In this document: positions 1 to 8,244 of the stretch, one piece after another
Layout: each line of letters starts with the position of its first letter
Numbering within the stretch: the stretch's first letter is position 1
NCBI GenBank assembly: GCA_045541355.1
Contig: JAZQIW010000032.1
Coordinates: forward strand, 2,279-66,278
DNA: 64,000 nucleotides
From: Eubacteriales bacterium
GTDB taxonomy: Bacteria > Bacillota > Clostridia > Oscillospirales > CAG-382
Direction of reading: 5' to 3'
The notes under the pieces: generated by a model
The model's input: the letters and a program-made list of their open reading frames with translations, nothing else
What the model was told of the DNA's origin: nothing
The model's database searches: none
Made by a program: the position numbers and the translations under genes

Positions 1-1995
1 CTCTATCCTGCAAGAACTGTTCCCATGAGAAAGCTGATGCTTGAAGATACAACAAGCGATATCAAGCAGAATCTTGCTATTAAGGAATGGAATTTCGAAA
101 ACCTCAATGACTGCTATGAGTGGACAACAATGATGAATACAACTGCACCTAAGTATGATGAAGAAAAGAAGGCACTTGTATTCAAAACAACCACCAATGA
201 CGGAGCTATCAAGACGATTAATGATCCGATGGTTTACTTTGATGCTGAGCAGGCAAAGTACTTACTCATTACAATGGATACAAATGGAAAGGCAGTAACC
301 GGTAATATGTTCTTCCAGCATAATACCATTGATAACTTTAGTTCTGATAAGGGCTTCCAATTTTCTACTCCGGCTGTCGAAGGATTCCAGGACATTGTCA
401 TTGACCTTTCATCTAATTCTCAGTGGAAGGATGAAATACAGGTTCTCAGATTTGACCCCAGCGGCATTAAGGATGAATATGCAATAAAGAGAATTGCAGT
501 CCTTTCCAATATGAGTGTAGGTGCACTTTCGCTTACTGTTGATAACACTCAGTTCGTAGTTCCTTCTGCACAGGTTAAGAAGGTTGATGGAGATGTCTAT
601 GTTGCAGGTAATCCTTCCGCAGGTTTCTACTCTATACATAATCTCTATTATGAATACGACAGAGTGGGCGGAACACTTATGATTAAGGCTGACAACGGCA
701 AGAAGATGCATCTTGAGGTTGGAAGTGATGTTGCGGTAGTTGACGGCAAGGAAGTTAAGCTTAGTGCAGAAATTGAACTTTACGATGGTCTTGTTTATGT
801 ACCTCTTGAAGTTATATATGATATGGCAGGCTATAAGTATAAGGTTGATGATGATGGCAACTACGAGGTTACAATCAGACCTGAGGAAATTGTAAAATCA
901 GCAACTCAGAGAGTTCTTTATGAGTATGAATTTAATGTTGCCGGCGATACTGAGGGCTGGAAAGTAGGCTGTGGAACAGGTAACGTTGCAAACGGCGTAT
1001 TCGGTTTCTCCGCTACTCCCGTTTCTTCAACCAATACCGGTTACGACCCACAGATATCTATCTCGGGAACGAGAATTGATACAAAGTATTATAAGAATAT
1101 GGAAATCAGATATAGGATTTCTCTTGCCGAAGATGGTAAAAAGCCCGACCCCTCCAAGATTTACTTTGCTACTGATAAAGCAACACAGCTTGCTGAGGAT
1201 AAGACTGTAACCTTTGATGTCAAGGATTATGAACCCGATGCATATGGTTTCTATACAATCAATGTCGATATGACTCAGAACGCTAACTGGACAGGCTATG
1301 TCAATACAGTTCGTTTTGACCCTGCAAACTTTGAGGGTTACTATGAAGTAGACTATATCAGATTCTATATCGACCCCAAGTATCAGGAAGAGCTAAAGAG
1401 ACTTCAGGAAGAAGAGGAAAAGAAGGAAGCACTTAGAAATGCTGTTGATCAGGGTGGTCCCTTCTACATTGAAAATGCTGATGCTGAAGATGTTGATGCA
1501 GTGCTTGAACAGCTTGCAGGCACCTCTTCACTCAAGATTGTAGAAGATGATCTTCGCAAGGGCAATCACGCATTCCTTATTACTCCTCAGTCCGGATCTC
1601 AGACATGGGCATATCTTGTTACAAGAACACGCTTTAAGCCCGGTGTTACATATAAGGTAGACCTTGACTTGAGAATAGTTTCTGACCATTTTGGAAAGCC
1701 TGTTAAATCCACGATTGTCGGTAACCTCAGATATGCTGACATGGTTGATGGCTCAGTTAAAGAGGGTGCTGACCATGTTGCGAATATTGACAAGGGTGAG
1801 ATTTCCTCCGAGGATGGATGGGTACATTGCTCATTTACTCATACTGTTTCCGCTAATTCTCCTCTCAGAACAAGCGATAGATTTACACTTTTTGCAGATC
1901 CTCTCGGAGACAGCTCTAACTTTAAGAATATCATCTTCATGGTTGATAACATCGTTGTGAGCGTTGTTGATCCCGAAGATGTTGAAAAAAAGTAA
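1..1995 (+). CDS. Secreted/surface multidomain protein, 5' end outside window (array paralog P1)
   Basis: The frame is open from nt 1 (LYPARTVP precedes the first Met at 25). The 656-aa product lacks the signal peptide that all four downstream paralogs carry. It has two copies of the array-specific tail domain (ends VLRFDPSG and TVRFDPANFEGYYEVDYIRFY) and one copper-amine-oxidase-N-like segment (LVYVPLEVIYDMAGYKY). It also has an E/K coiled linker (QEELKRLQEEEEKKEALRNA) and a C-terminal beta-sandwich ending VDNIVVSVV. Confidence 0.7.
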   Translation, partial: LYPARTVPMRKLMLEDTTSDIKQNLAIKEWNFENLNDCYEWTTMMNTTAPKYDEEKKALVFKTTTNDGAIKTINDPMVYFDAEQAKYLLITMDTNGKAVTGNMFFQHNTIDNFSSDKGFQFSTPAVEGFQDIVIDLSSNSQWKDEIQVLRFDPSGIKDEYAIKRIAVLSNMSVGALSLTVDNTQFVVPSAQVKKVDGDVYVAGNPSAGFYSIHNLYYEYDRVGGTLMIKADNGKKMHLEVGSDVAVVDGKEVKLSAEIELYDGLVYVPLEVIYDMAGYKYKVDDDGNYEVTIRPEEIVKSATQRVLYEYEFNVAGDTEGWKVGCGTGNVANGVFGFSATPVSSTNTGYDPQISISGTRIDTKYYKNMEIRYRISLAEDGKKPDPSKIYFATDKATQLAEDKTVTFDVKDYEPDAYGFYTINVDMTQNANWTGYVNTVRFDPANFEGYYEVDYIRFYIDPKYQEELKRLQEEEEKKEALRNAVDQGGPFYIENADAEDVDAVLEQLAGTSSLKIVEDDLRKGNHAFLITPQSGSQTWAYLVTRTRFKPGVTYKVDLDLRIVSDHFGKPVKSTIVGNLRYADMVDGSVKEGADHVANIDKGEISSEDGWVHCSFTHTVSANSPLRTSDRFTLFADPLGDSSNFKNIIFMVDNIVVSVVDPEDVEKK

Positions 1996-2008
1996 TTTAA
2001 TATATTCT

Positions 2009-2034
2009 CTGAGCCTTCATTTTTGAAGGCTCAG
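2009..2034 (+). terminator. Hairpin after P1 without a U-tract (weak terminator or read-through structure)
   Basis: CTGAGCCTTCA-TTTT-TGAAGGCTCAG is a perfect 11-bp stem. It is followed by TAGCCC rather than a T-run. Confidence 0.35.
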
Positions 2035-2053
2035 TAGCCCTTAGGGGGATTTT

Positions 2054-2707
2054 ATGAAAATTAATATACTTTGTGTCGGTAATTCTCTTTTACACCATAC
2101 TCCCTGTGCAGATGTTTTCTGGGACGGTGATTGGGGAATGGCGGCAAGCTGTGCTGAAAATGATTATTATCATATGCTTGTTCAGCGACTTGTGAAAAAG
2201 TATTCAAATGTCGATTTTACTTTCAGAAAAAACGGTTCGTCATCCTTTGAACGTGCAATCACAAAGTCTGATACAGAGGACTATACTGAGGTTTTTGACA
2301 ACCTGTTCGGTGCTTCTCTTAATGCTATGACTCCCGATGTTGTTACTCTTCAGATGGGGGATAACTGTCCTCACGAAAGCACGACCGACACCGCTTATGC
2401 TCATGCCATTGTTGAGGCGGTAGAATATTTTAAAGAGAATAATCCAAATGTAGTTGTTGTTCTTTGCCTTCCTTGGTATGGTGAGATGATTGACTCAAAG
2501 CATATCGGAACTTTAATCGCGGCAAGAGAAACCATGATGCCTTTTGTTGATTTGACTAAGCTGTTTTGCTGTGAAAATCAGGCGCGTGGTCTTTTTAAGC
2601 ACGATGGAGTTCAAACCCATCCGGGCGATGAAGGCATGAAAAAAATTGCGGATGAATATTTTAATGCTTTATCAAGAATTATTGATAAAAAAATTGAAAT
2701 TATTTAA
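2054..2707 (+). CDS. SGNH/GDSL-type hydrolase (esterase), no signal peptide
   Basis: Block I is ILCVGNSLLHH, block III is LQMGDNCP, and the block V region is HDGVQTHPGDEGM. A G-rich RBS (GGGGGA) lies just upstream of the ATG. The protein is paralogous to the N-terminal domain of the next ORF. Confidence 0.7.
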   Translation: MKINILCVGNSLLHHTPCADVFWDGDWGMAASCAENDYYHMLVQRLVKKYSNVDFTFRKNGSSSFERAITKSDTEDYTEVFDNLFGASLNAMTPDVVTLQMGDNCPHESTTDTAYAHAIVEAVEYFKENNPNVVVVLCLPWYGEMIDSKHIGTLIAARETMMPFVDLTKLFCCENQARGLFKHDGVQTHPGDEGMKKIADEYFNALSRIIDKKIEII

Positions 2708-2717
2708 GGAGAAAAAC

Positions 2718-4829
2718 ATGAAAAGAATTATAACAATACTCCTTTGCACAGTACTTGCTGCTTGTCTTTTGGCGGCAGGTGTAAATGCTGAAGGAGAAAA
2801 GAAAATCAGTATTCTTGTTGTTGGTAACTCAATTACTCAGCACGCTCCCAGTGAAAGCCTTGGCTGGTTCTGGAATTGGGGTATGGCAGCTTCTTCGCTT
2901 GAAGATGACTACTATCATGAAATGCAGAAGCTTTTGGCTGAAGAATTTCCCGATTATGAGGCAGAATGGAATGTTGCCGGTGCTTATAACTTTGAAAGAA
3001 GTGTTACCGTTAATACCGACACCGATTATACAAATGCTTTTAACACAAGCTTTGGCAACACCATGAAAAAGGTAAATCCTGATATTATTACCTTCCAGTG
3101 GGGCGACAATATAAAGAACTGCACAGAAGAATCCTATACATATGCACTTACAAAGGCGGTGGAATACTGCAGAGAATATAATCCCAATGTTGCGCTAATA
3201 CTCAGTGAGAACTTCTATGGTTCAAGCGGCGACAGAAGATGTGTTGCTGTCAGAAACGTTGCAAAGGATTTAAAGGTGCCCTATGTTTCTCTTTATCCGC
3301 TTTGTATTCCCGAAAACAGAGCTTTTGGTCTCTTTGAACACTCGGGTGTTGAGGGGCATCCCGGTGACAAGGGTATGGAAGAAATTGCAAAGACCTTCTA
3401 TTCCGAAGTCAGAAAGGTTATTCTTGCAAAAGAAGGCAGGGGAGACGTTACAGTTAAGGTTGACGGCTCATACGTAGATTTTGATGTTCCTCCTACAATA
3501 ATAGACGGCAGAACACTCGTGCCCGTAAGAGCAATCTTTGAGGCACTCGGAGCGACGGTTGAATGGGATGATACAACAAAAACTGTTTCGTCAAGACTTG
3601 GCGGCACAGTGATAACTCTTCCCGTTGGCTCTCAGACCATGAAGAAGAATGATACAGACATTACTCTTGATGTTCCCGCAATGATTATTGATGGCAGAAC
3701 ACTTGTGCCCGTAAGAGCTATTTCCGAAGCATATAATTGTACTGTAAACTGGTTGGCTGAAACACGTTGTGTTGATATTTATTCACCCGAGCTTGTTTTT
3801 GATTTTTCTAATGAAGTAAGCGGTGCAATCATTACTCTTGCTGATGCGGAAAATCTCACAGGCGGTTATGATATTTTTGCAACAGGTGTTGAGAAACTTC
3901 AGTTTGTTCCTAATCCCAAGGATGAAAGCGACACGGTGTTCTACCTTGAATCCAACGTCACTGACGGACCCTCATGGACTTATTTCTGGTGTGAAGCAAC
4001 AAATGTTATGAAGCCCGGTCAGAGATATCTGACATCCTTTGATATTATGTTCGATAAGACAGCTGATGGTGAATTACCTGAAAAAGTATCAGGTGGTATC
4101 TGCTTCCAGTTTGCTGACAGCGCAGTTGATAATAATGTTTCCGACCACGGTGTTTGCACATATTCTGCCGCACCCGGTGAATGGATTCACATAGACCATA
4201 TATATACCGTTCCCGAAACGATGAGCGGTGATATGGCAGCAAAATTCGGTATCTATGTAAATCCCCATAACGGTGAAAAGGCAATGAGCTATTATCTTGA
4301 TGATGTTTCTGTTGTTCCTTATGAAGGTGATCTTGCTGACGGCCGTGTTACCGAAGAGATTAAAAAAGCAGCTTCCTCTGCTGCTGTATTTAATATTGAC
4401 ACTGCAAAGGGTACAGTTGTTGATTTGACAGCTCTTAAGCCTGATTGTACAGAATCTTCCGTAGAAGGCTCTTCTCTTATTATGAAATCGGCTGCAGAAA
4501 AGCCTGATCCCAAGGTTCTCGTTCCCAATCTTAGTGTTGATGCCTCAAAGGTTACGGTAATTGCTGTTAAATTTACTGCAGATTCTGTTGAAGGTAATAC
4601 GCCTTTCCAGATTTATTTCTCAACTGATACGGAAAAGGACCTTAGTGAGTCAAAGTCCGTAAAGCTTGATTACTCTTCATGTAAGAAGCTTGGTGACGGA
4701 AGCCTTCTCGGTTATTTTGTCATGACCACAAATGATCAATGGAAGGGTACAGTAACTTCCATTCGACTTGATCCTGCAAACGCCAACGGTAATTGGAAGA
4801 TTGAAAAGGTCGTTCTTGTTGAAGACTGA
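2718..4829 (+). CDS. Secreted SGNH esterase fused to 2 CuAO-N-like repeats, a CBM-like beta-sandwich and the array tail domain (paralog P2)
   Basis: The start was moved to ATG 2718 (AAGGAG RBS; MKRIITILLCTVLAACLLAAGVNA is a signal peptide). SGNH blocks are VVGNSITQH, WGDNIK and HSGVEGHPGDKGM. There are two IIDGRTLVPVRAI repeats. The CBM-like region ends YYLDDVSVVPYEG. The C-terminus is WKGTVTSIRLDPANANGNWKIEKVVLVED. Confidence 0.8.
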   Translation: MKRIITILLCTVLAACLLAAGVNAEGEKKISILVVGNSITQHAPSESLGWFWNWGMAASSLEDDYYHEMQKLLAEEFPDYEAEWNVAGAYNFERSVTVNTDTDYTNAFNTSFGNTMKKVNPDIITFQWGDNIKNCTEESYTYALTKAVEYCREYNPNVALILSENFYGSSGDRRCVAVRNVAKDLKVPYVSLYPLCIPENRAFGLFEHSGVEGHPGDKGMEEIAKTFYSEVRKVILAKEGRGDVTVKVDGSYVDFDVPPTIIDGRTLVPVRAIFEALGATVEWDDTTKTVSSRLGGTVITLPVGSQTMKKNDTDITLDVPAMIIDGRTLVPVRAISEAYNCTVNWLAETRCVDIYSPELVFDFSNEVSGAIITLADAENLTGGYDIFATGVEKLQFVPNPKDESDTVFYLESNVTDGPSWTYFWCEATNVMKPGQRYLTSFDIMFDKTADGELPEKVSGGICFQFADSAVDNNVSDHGVCTYSAAPGEWIHIDHIYTVPETMSGDMAAKFGIYVNPHNGEKAMSYYLDDVSVVPYEGDLADGRVTEEIKKAASSAAVFNIDTAKGTVVDLTALKPDCTESSVEGSSLIMKSAAEKPDPKVLVPNLSVDASKVTVIAVKFTADSVEGNTPFQIYFSTDTEKDLSESKSVKLDYSSCKKLGDGSLLGYFVMTTNDQWKGTVTSIRLDPANANGNWKIEKVVLVED

Positions 4830-4836
4830 TGTTAAA

Positions 4837-4856
4837 GCCCCGTTTTCGGGGCTTTT
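4837..4856 (+). terminator. Rho-independent terminator of P2
   Basis: GCCCCG-TTTT-CGGGGC followed by TTTT. Confidence 0.8.
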
Positions 4857-4888
4857 CGATTAATTTGCTGATTTGTTGCTGATTGGTG

Positions 4889-4917
4889 TTGACAAGAACA
4901 TATGTTAATGATAAAAT
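4889..4917 (+). promoter_or_regulatory. Sigma-A type promoter of P3
   Basis: TTGACA, a 17-nt spacer, then TAAAAT with an extended -10 TG (TGATAAAAT). Confidence 0.7.
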
Positions 4918-4951
4918 TAATATATCAAATACATGAAAAGGAGATAATTCT

Positions 4952-6442
4952 ATGAAAAAAATTCTCAGTGTTGTACTTGCAGTAATGATGATTTGCTCAA
5001 TTGCATCCTTTGCTGTAAGCGCAGAAGACAAAATCACAGTAACACTTAATGGTACTGAAATCGTTTTCGCTGACCAGGCTCCTACAATCGTAGACGGTAG
5101 AACTCTCGTTCCTCTCCGCGCGATATTTGAAGCACTTGGTGCATCCGTTGAATGGAATGGCGAAACAAGAACTGTTACATCCGCAAAGGGTGACACAGCA
5201 ATTTCCCTCACAATTGACACTCCCACACTTTATGTTAATGGCGAAGCAAAGACACTTGATGTTCCTGCTATGATTATCAATGGCAGAACAATGGTTCCTG
5301 CAAGAGCTGTTGCTGAAGCATACGGCGTTGAAGTTGCTTGGGACGGTGATACAAGAACTGTAATTCTTACCGCACAAGAAGAGAAGGAAGAAGAAGCTCC
5401 TGCAGTAACAGATGCTCCTGCCGATGCTTTCTTTGTACTTAGCGGTGAAAACTACACAGGCGATGAAGGCTATTCTTTTACAAGCGGTGCAGGTATTGTT
5501 CCTCAGATAGTTAAAAGAGAAGATAATCCCGGGGATAAGGTTCTTTTCCTTGAATCTACTTATACAGATGGCAAGGCTTGGACATATTTCAGAAATAAAA
5601 ATGTAACCTTTGAGGCTGGTGCGAGATACCTTGTCAGCTTTAAGGCAACCGTCGGCAAGAATGCTGCAGGAGAAGATATTTCAGATGCATCTTTGGGTGT
5701 TTGTTTCAATTATGCTGATTCTGCAGAGACAGGAAAGGCCAAGGACCACGGTGTTGCATCTATAAGCTTTAAGCCCGGTGAATGGAAGGAAGTTAAGGTA
5801 GTATATACAGTACCCGAAACATATGTTGAGGATTCTTGCAACTTTGGTATTTTCGGCAACCCCGCAGGTGAGCTTCCTATCAGTTACTATCTTGATGATG
5901 TATACCTTGCTCCTTATACAGGTGCCGCAGAGGATGGTGTTCAGACTGCTGAATCCTTAAAGGCTGCTGATGATGAGGCTGAATTTGACATCAATACTGC
6001 CGCAGGCTTGGTTTATACCTTTGAAGAGGATAAGAAAGAATTTAGATTCAGCGGCGGTGAAGCTGAATATAAAGACGGTAATTTGGTAATGGTAGCAGAA
6101 GGCGATACGGCAGACCCCATCATTTACTTTGCTGATACAAGTAAAATTGATGCAGATACATATAAGGCAGTTGCTGTAAGATTTAAGGCTGAGGGAGTTC
6201 CCGCAGGCAAGGATCATATTGCTGTTTATTTTACAACAGAAGCCGATGATAAGCCTACTCAGTCTAAGAGCCAGATGATTAAATATGCTGATCTTACTGC
6301 CGATGAAGAAGGTTATTATGTTGCATACATTAATATCTTCACCAATGAATTGTGGAATGGTAAGATTTTAAGCCTCAGAGTTGACCCCGGTAACGGCGCA
6401 GGCAAGTACACAGTTAACAAGGTTGTAGTTGTAGCAAAGTAA
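4952..6442 (+). CDS. Secreted protein: signal peptide, 2 CuAO-N-like repeats, CBM-like beta-sandwich, array tail domain (paralog P3)
   Basis: An AAAGGAG RBS precedes the start. The signal peptide is MKKILSVVLAVMMICSIASFAVSAEDK. Repeats are VDGRTLVPLRAIFEALGASVEW and INGRTMVPARAVAEAYGVEVAW. The CBM-like region ends YYLDDVYLAPYTG. The C-terminus is WNGKILSLRVDPGNGAGKYTVNKVVVVAK. Confidence 0.85.
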   Translation: MKKILSVVLAVMMICSIASFAVSAEDKITVTLNGTEIVFADQAPTIVDGRTLVPLRAIFEALGASVEWNGETRTVTSAKGDTAISLTIDTPTLYVNGEAKTLDVPAMIINGRTMVPARAVAEAYGVEVAWDGDTRTVILTAQEEKEEEAPAVTDAPADAFFVLSGENYTGDEGYSFTSGAGIVPQIVKREDNPGDKVLFLESTYTDGKAWTYFRNKNVTFEAGARYLVSFKATVGKNAAGEDISDASLGVCFNYADSAETGKAKDHGVASISFKPGEWKEVKVVYTVPETYVEDSCNFGIFGNPAGELPISYYLDDVYLAPYTGAAEDGVQTAESLKAADDEAEFDINTAAGLVYTFEEDKKEFRFSGGEAEYKDGNLVMVAEGDTADPIIYFADTSKIDADTYKAVAVRFKAEGVPAGKDHIAVYFTTEADDKPTQSKSQMIKYADLTADEEGYYVAYINIFTNELWNGKILSLRVDPGNGAGKYTVNKVVVVAK

Positions 6443-6450
6443 TTAATTTA

Positions 6451-6479
6451 TACCGCAGAGAAATCTGCGGTATTTTTTT
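6451..6479 (+). terminator. Rho-independent terminator of P3
   Basis: TACCGCAGA-GAAA-TCTGCGGTA followed by T7. The stem-loop sequence is identical to the one at 9781-9801. Confidence 0.9.
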
Positions 6480-6564
6480 GTAACGCCATTTTTTTTGTTG
6501 TTTTCTTTCATAAAACGAATATTAAATTAATTTTGGTATTTCTTTGTATTTGTCGAATTCACTA

Positions 6565-6593
6565 TTGACATTTGTTTGTAAAAGTGCTACAAT
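6565..6593 (+). promoter_or_regulatory. Sigma-A type promoter of P4
   Basis: TTGACA, a 17-nt spacer, then TACAAT preceded by TGC (extended -10). Confidence 0.75.
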
Positions 6594-6628
6594 GTTTACA
6601 CCAAATACAATAGAAAAGGAGTATTTCT

Positions 6629-8098
6629 ATGAAAAAAATTCTTAGTGTTGTACTCGCTGCTATGATGCTTATTTCAATGGCTTCTTTCAGCGCAAGTGCA
6701 GAAGATGCAATCACCGTTACACTTGACGGTGCTGCAATCGAATTTGCTGATCAGGCTCCTACAATCGTTGAGGGAAGAACTCTTGTTCCTCTCCGTGCGA
6801 TTTTTGAAGCTCTCGGCGCATCCGTTGAATGGAACGGTGAAACAAGAACTGTTACATCTGCTAAGGGTGATACAGCAATTGAACTCTCCATCGATTCAAC
6901 ATCTCTTTATGTTAACGGCGAAGTTAAGACTCTTGACGTTCCCGCAATGATTATCAACGGCAGAACAATGGTTCCCGCAAGAGCTATTGCTGAAGCTTAC
7001 GGTGTTGAAGTTGCTTGGGATGGTGAAACAAGAACTGTTATCCTTACAACTCCCGTAGTTGAAGAAGCAGGTCCTGAGCTTGCTGAGGGTACAATTCTTT
7101 ATCTCACAGGCGAAAACTACAAGAGTGACATTGAAGGTCTCACCTACGAAAACAATGTTGGTATCGCAGTTGTTGATAACCCCGACAGAGAAGGCGACAA
7201 GGTTCTTTATTTTGAAACAAACGTAACAGAAAAGCAGGCTTGGAACTACCTCTGGTATAAGTGCGAATGGGTACCCGGTCAGAGATATCTCATTACATTC
7301 TCTGCAAGACCCGGCAATGATGCTTTCGGTAACCCTGTTGTTACGGGCTCCTTTGGTATTAATGTACGTACAAACGGCGCTGATAAGGGTGTTGACAGCA
7401 TTCTTTCTGACGGCGGTGTTTGGAAGAACAATGCTTACATCTACACAATTCCCGAAGACATCGATCTTACTAAGGATATGAAGTTCGGTATTTTTGCAAG
7501 CCCTATTCAGGTTGACGGTTATGACCACAACCTTGCTTGGAGCTTCTACCTTGACAACATTTCTGTTGTTCCTTACTACGGTGAGGAAGAAGACGGCAGA
7601 AAGGATGCTGCTTACTTCATGGGTGCTACCGGTGCAGGTGTTCCTTCCGGCTTTGATATTGATACTGCTAAGGGTGAAGTCATCGACTTGTCCGTACTCA
7701 CTTCTTCATCAGCTGCATATGAAGACGGTCAGTTGCACTTCGTTGCTGAAGGCGAAATGACAGACCCTCTCGTATTAATGGATAATCTTAACTATGACGC
7801 TTCTAAGTATGCTGCAATTGCGGTTGAGTTCAAGAAGGTTTCCGGTGATAAGGCTTACAGCTCTCAGATTTTCTTTGCAACAACAGTTAATTCTAAGCTT
7901 GATGAAGAAAAGTCTCTCACAGTAGACTATTCTGATTCTGTAGCGTCTGATGACGGTTATATCGTTTCTTACTTTGACTTTGCTGATAACGAAAAGACCG
8001 CTTCCAATTGGAACAGTTCTATAAGCATGCTTCGCTTCGATCCCGGTAACGGAAACGGCGAATGGTTTGTTAAGACAATCAAGCTTATCGAAAAGTAA
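6629..8098 (+). CDS. Secreted protein with the same architecture as P3 (paralog P4)
   Basis: The signal peptide is MKKILSVVLAAMMLISMASFSASAEDA. It has two CuAO-N-like repeats and FYLDNISVVPYYG. The C-terminus is WNSSISMLRFDPGNGNGEWFVKTIKLIEK. Confidence 0.85.
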   Translation: MKKILSVVLAAMMLISMASFSASAEDAITVTLDGAAIEFADQAPTIVEGRTLVPLRAIFEALGASVEWNGETRTVTSAKGDTAIELSIDSTSLYVNGEVKTLDVPAMIINGRTMVPARAIAEAYGVEVAWDGETRTVILTTPVVEEAGPELAEGTILYLTGENYKSDIEGLTYENNVGIAVVDNPDREGDKVLYFETNVTEKQAWNYLWYKCEWVPGQRYLITFSARPGNDAFGNPVVTGSFGINVRTNGADKGVDSILSDGGVWKNNAYIYTIPEDIDLTKDMKFGIFASPIQVDGYDHNLAWSFYLDNISVVPYYGEEEDGRKDAAYFMGATGAGVPSGFDIDTAKGEVIDLSVLTSSSAAYEDGQLHFVAEGEMTDPLVLMDNLNYDASKYAAIAVEFKKVSGDKAYSSQIFFATTVNSKLDEEKSLTVDYSDSVASDDGYIVSYFDFADNEKTASNWNSSISMLRFDPGNGNGEWFVKTIKLIEK

Positions 8099-8106
8099 TT
8101 AACATT

Positions 8107-8138
8107 TCACCACAGCTTATGCTGTGGTGATTTTTTTT
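8107..8138 (+). terminator. Rho-independent terminator of P4
   Basis: TCACCACAGC-TTAT-GCTGTGGTGA followed by T8. Confidence 0.9.
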
Positions 8139-8180
8139 GCATAAAATCTTTGTGTTACGATGATATTATACTTTTTGCTA

Positions 8181-8209
8181 TTGACTTTTATGTGATATGA
8201 TGCTAAAAT
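8181..8209 (+). promoter_or_regulatory. Sigma-A type promoter of P5
   Basis: TTGACT, a 17-nt spacer, then TAAAAT preceded by TGC (extended -10). Confidence 0.7.
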
Positions 8210-8244
8210 TTAAGTATCATAAAACTTGTAAAGGAGTAATACAA

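Noticed and set aside
2646-2717. Upstream in-frame extensions offered by the ORF track (2646, 8197, 49671, 51400, 61387, 60403, 21766)
   Set aside because: The internal ATGs are preceded by good GGAGG/GGTGA ribosome-binding sites. They give canonical N-termini: signal peptides, [11 protein letters not shown] for Upp, and MKISFIGAGN for ProC. The extensions overlap promoters or upstream genes.
6544-6610. Perfect 9-bp inverted repeat TTGTATTTG ... CAAATACAA bracketing the P4 promoter (possible invertible promoter)
   Set aside because: The arms are only 9 bp and the enclosed segment is 49 bp, which is too short for site-specific inversion. The right arm is part of a 5'-UTR core shared with P3, which lacks the left arm. 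No recombinase gene is adjacent.
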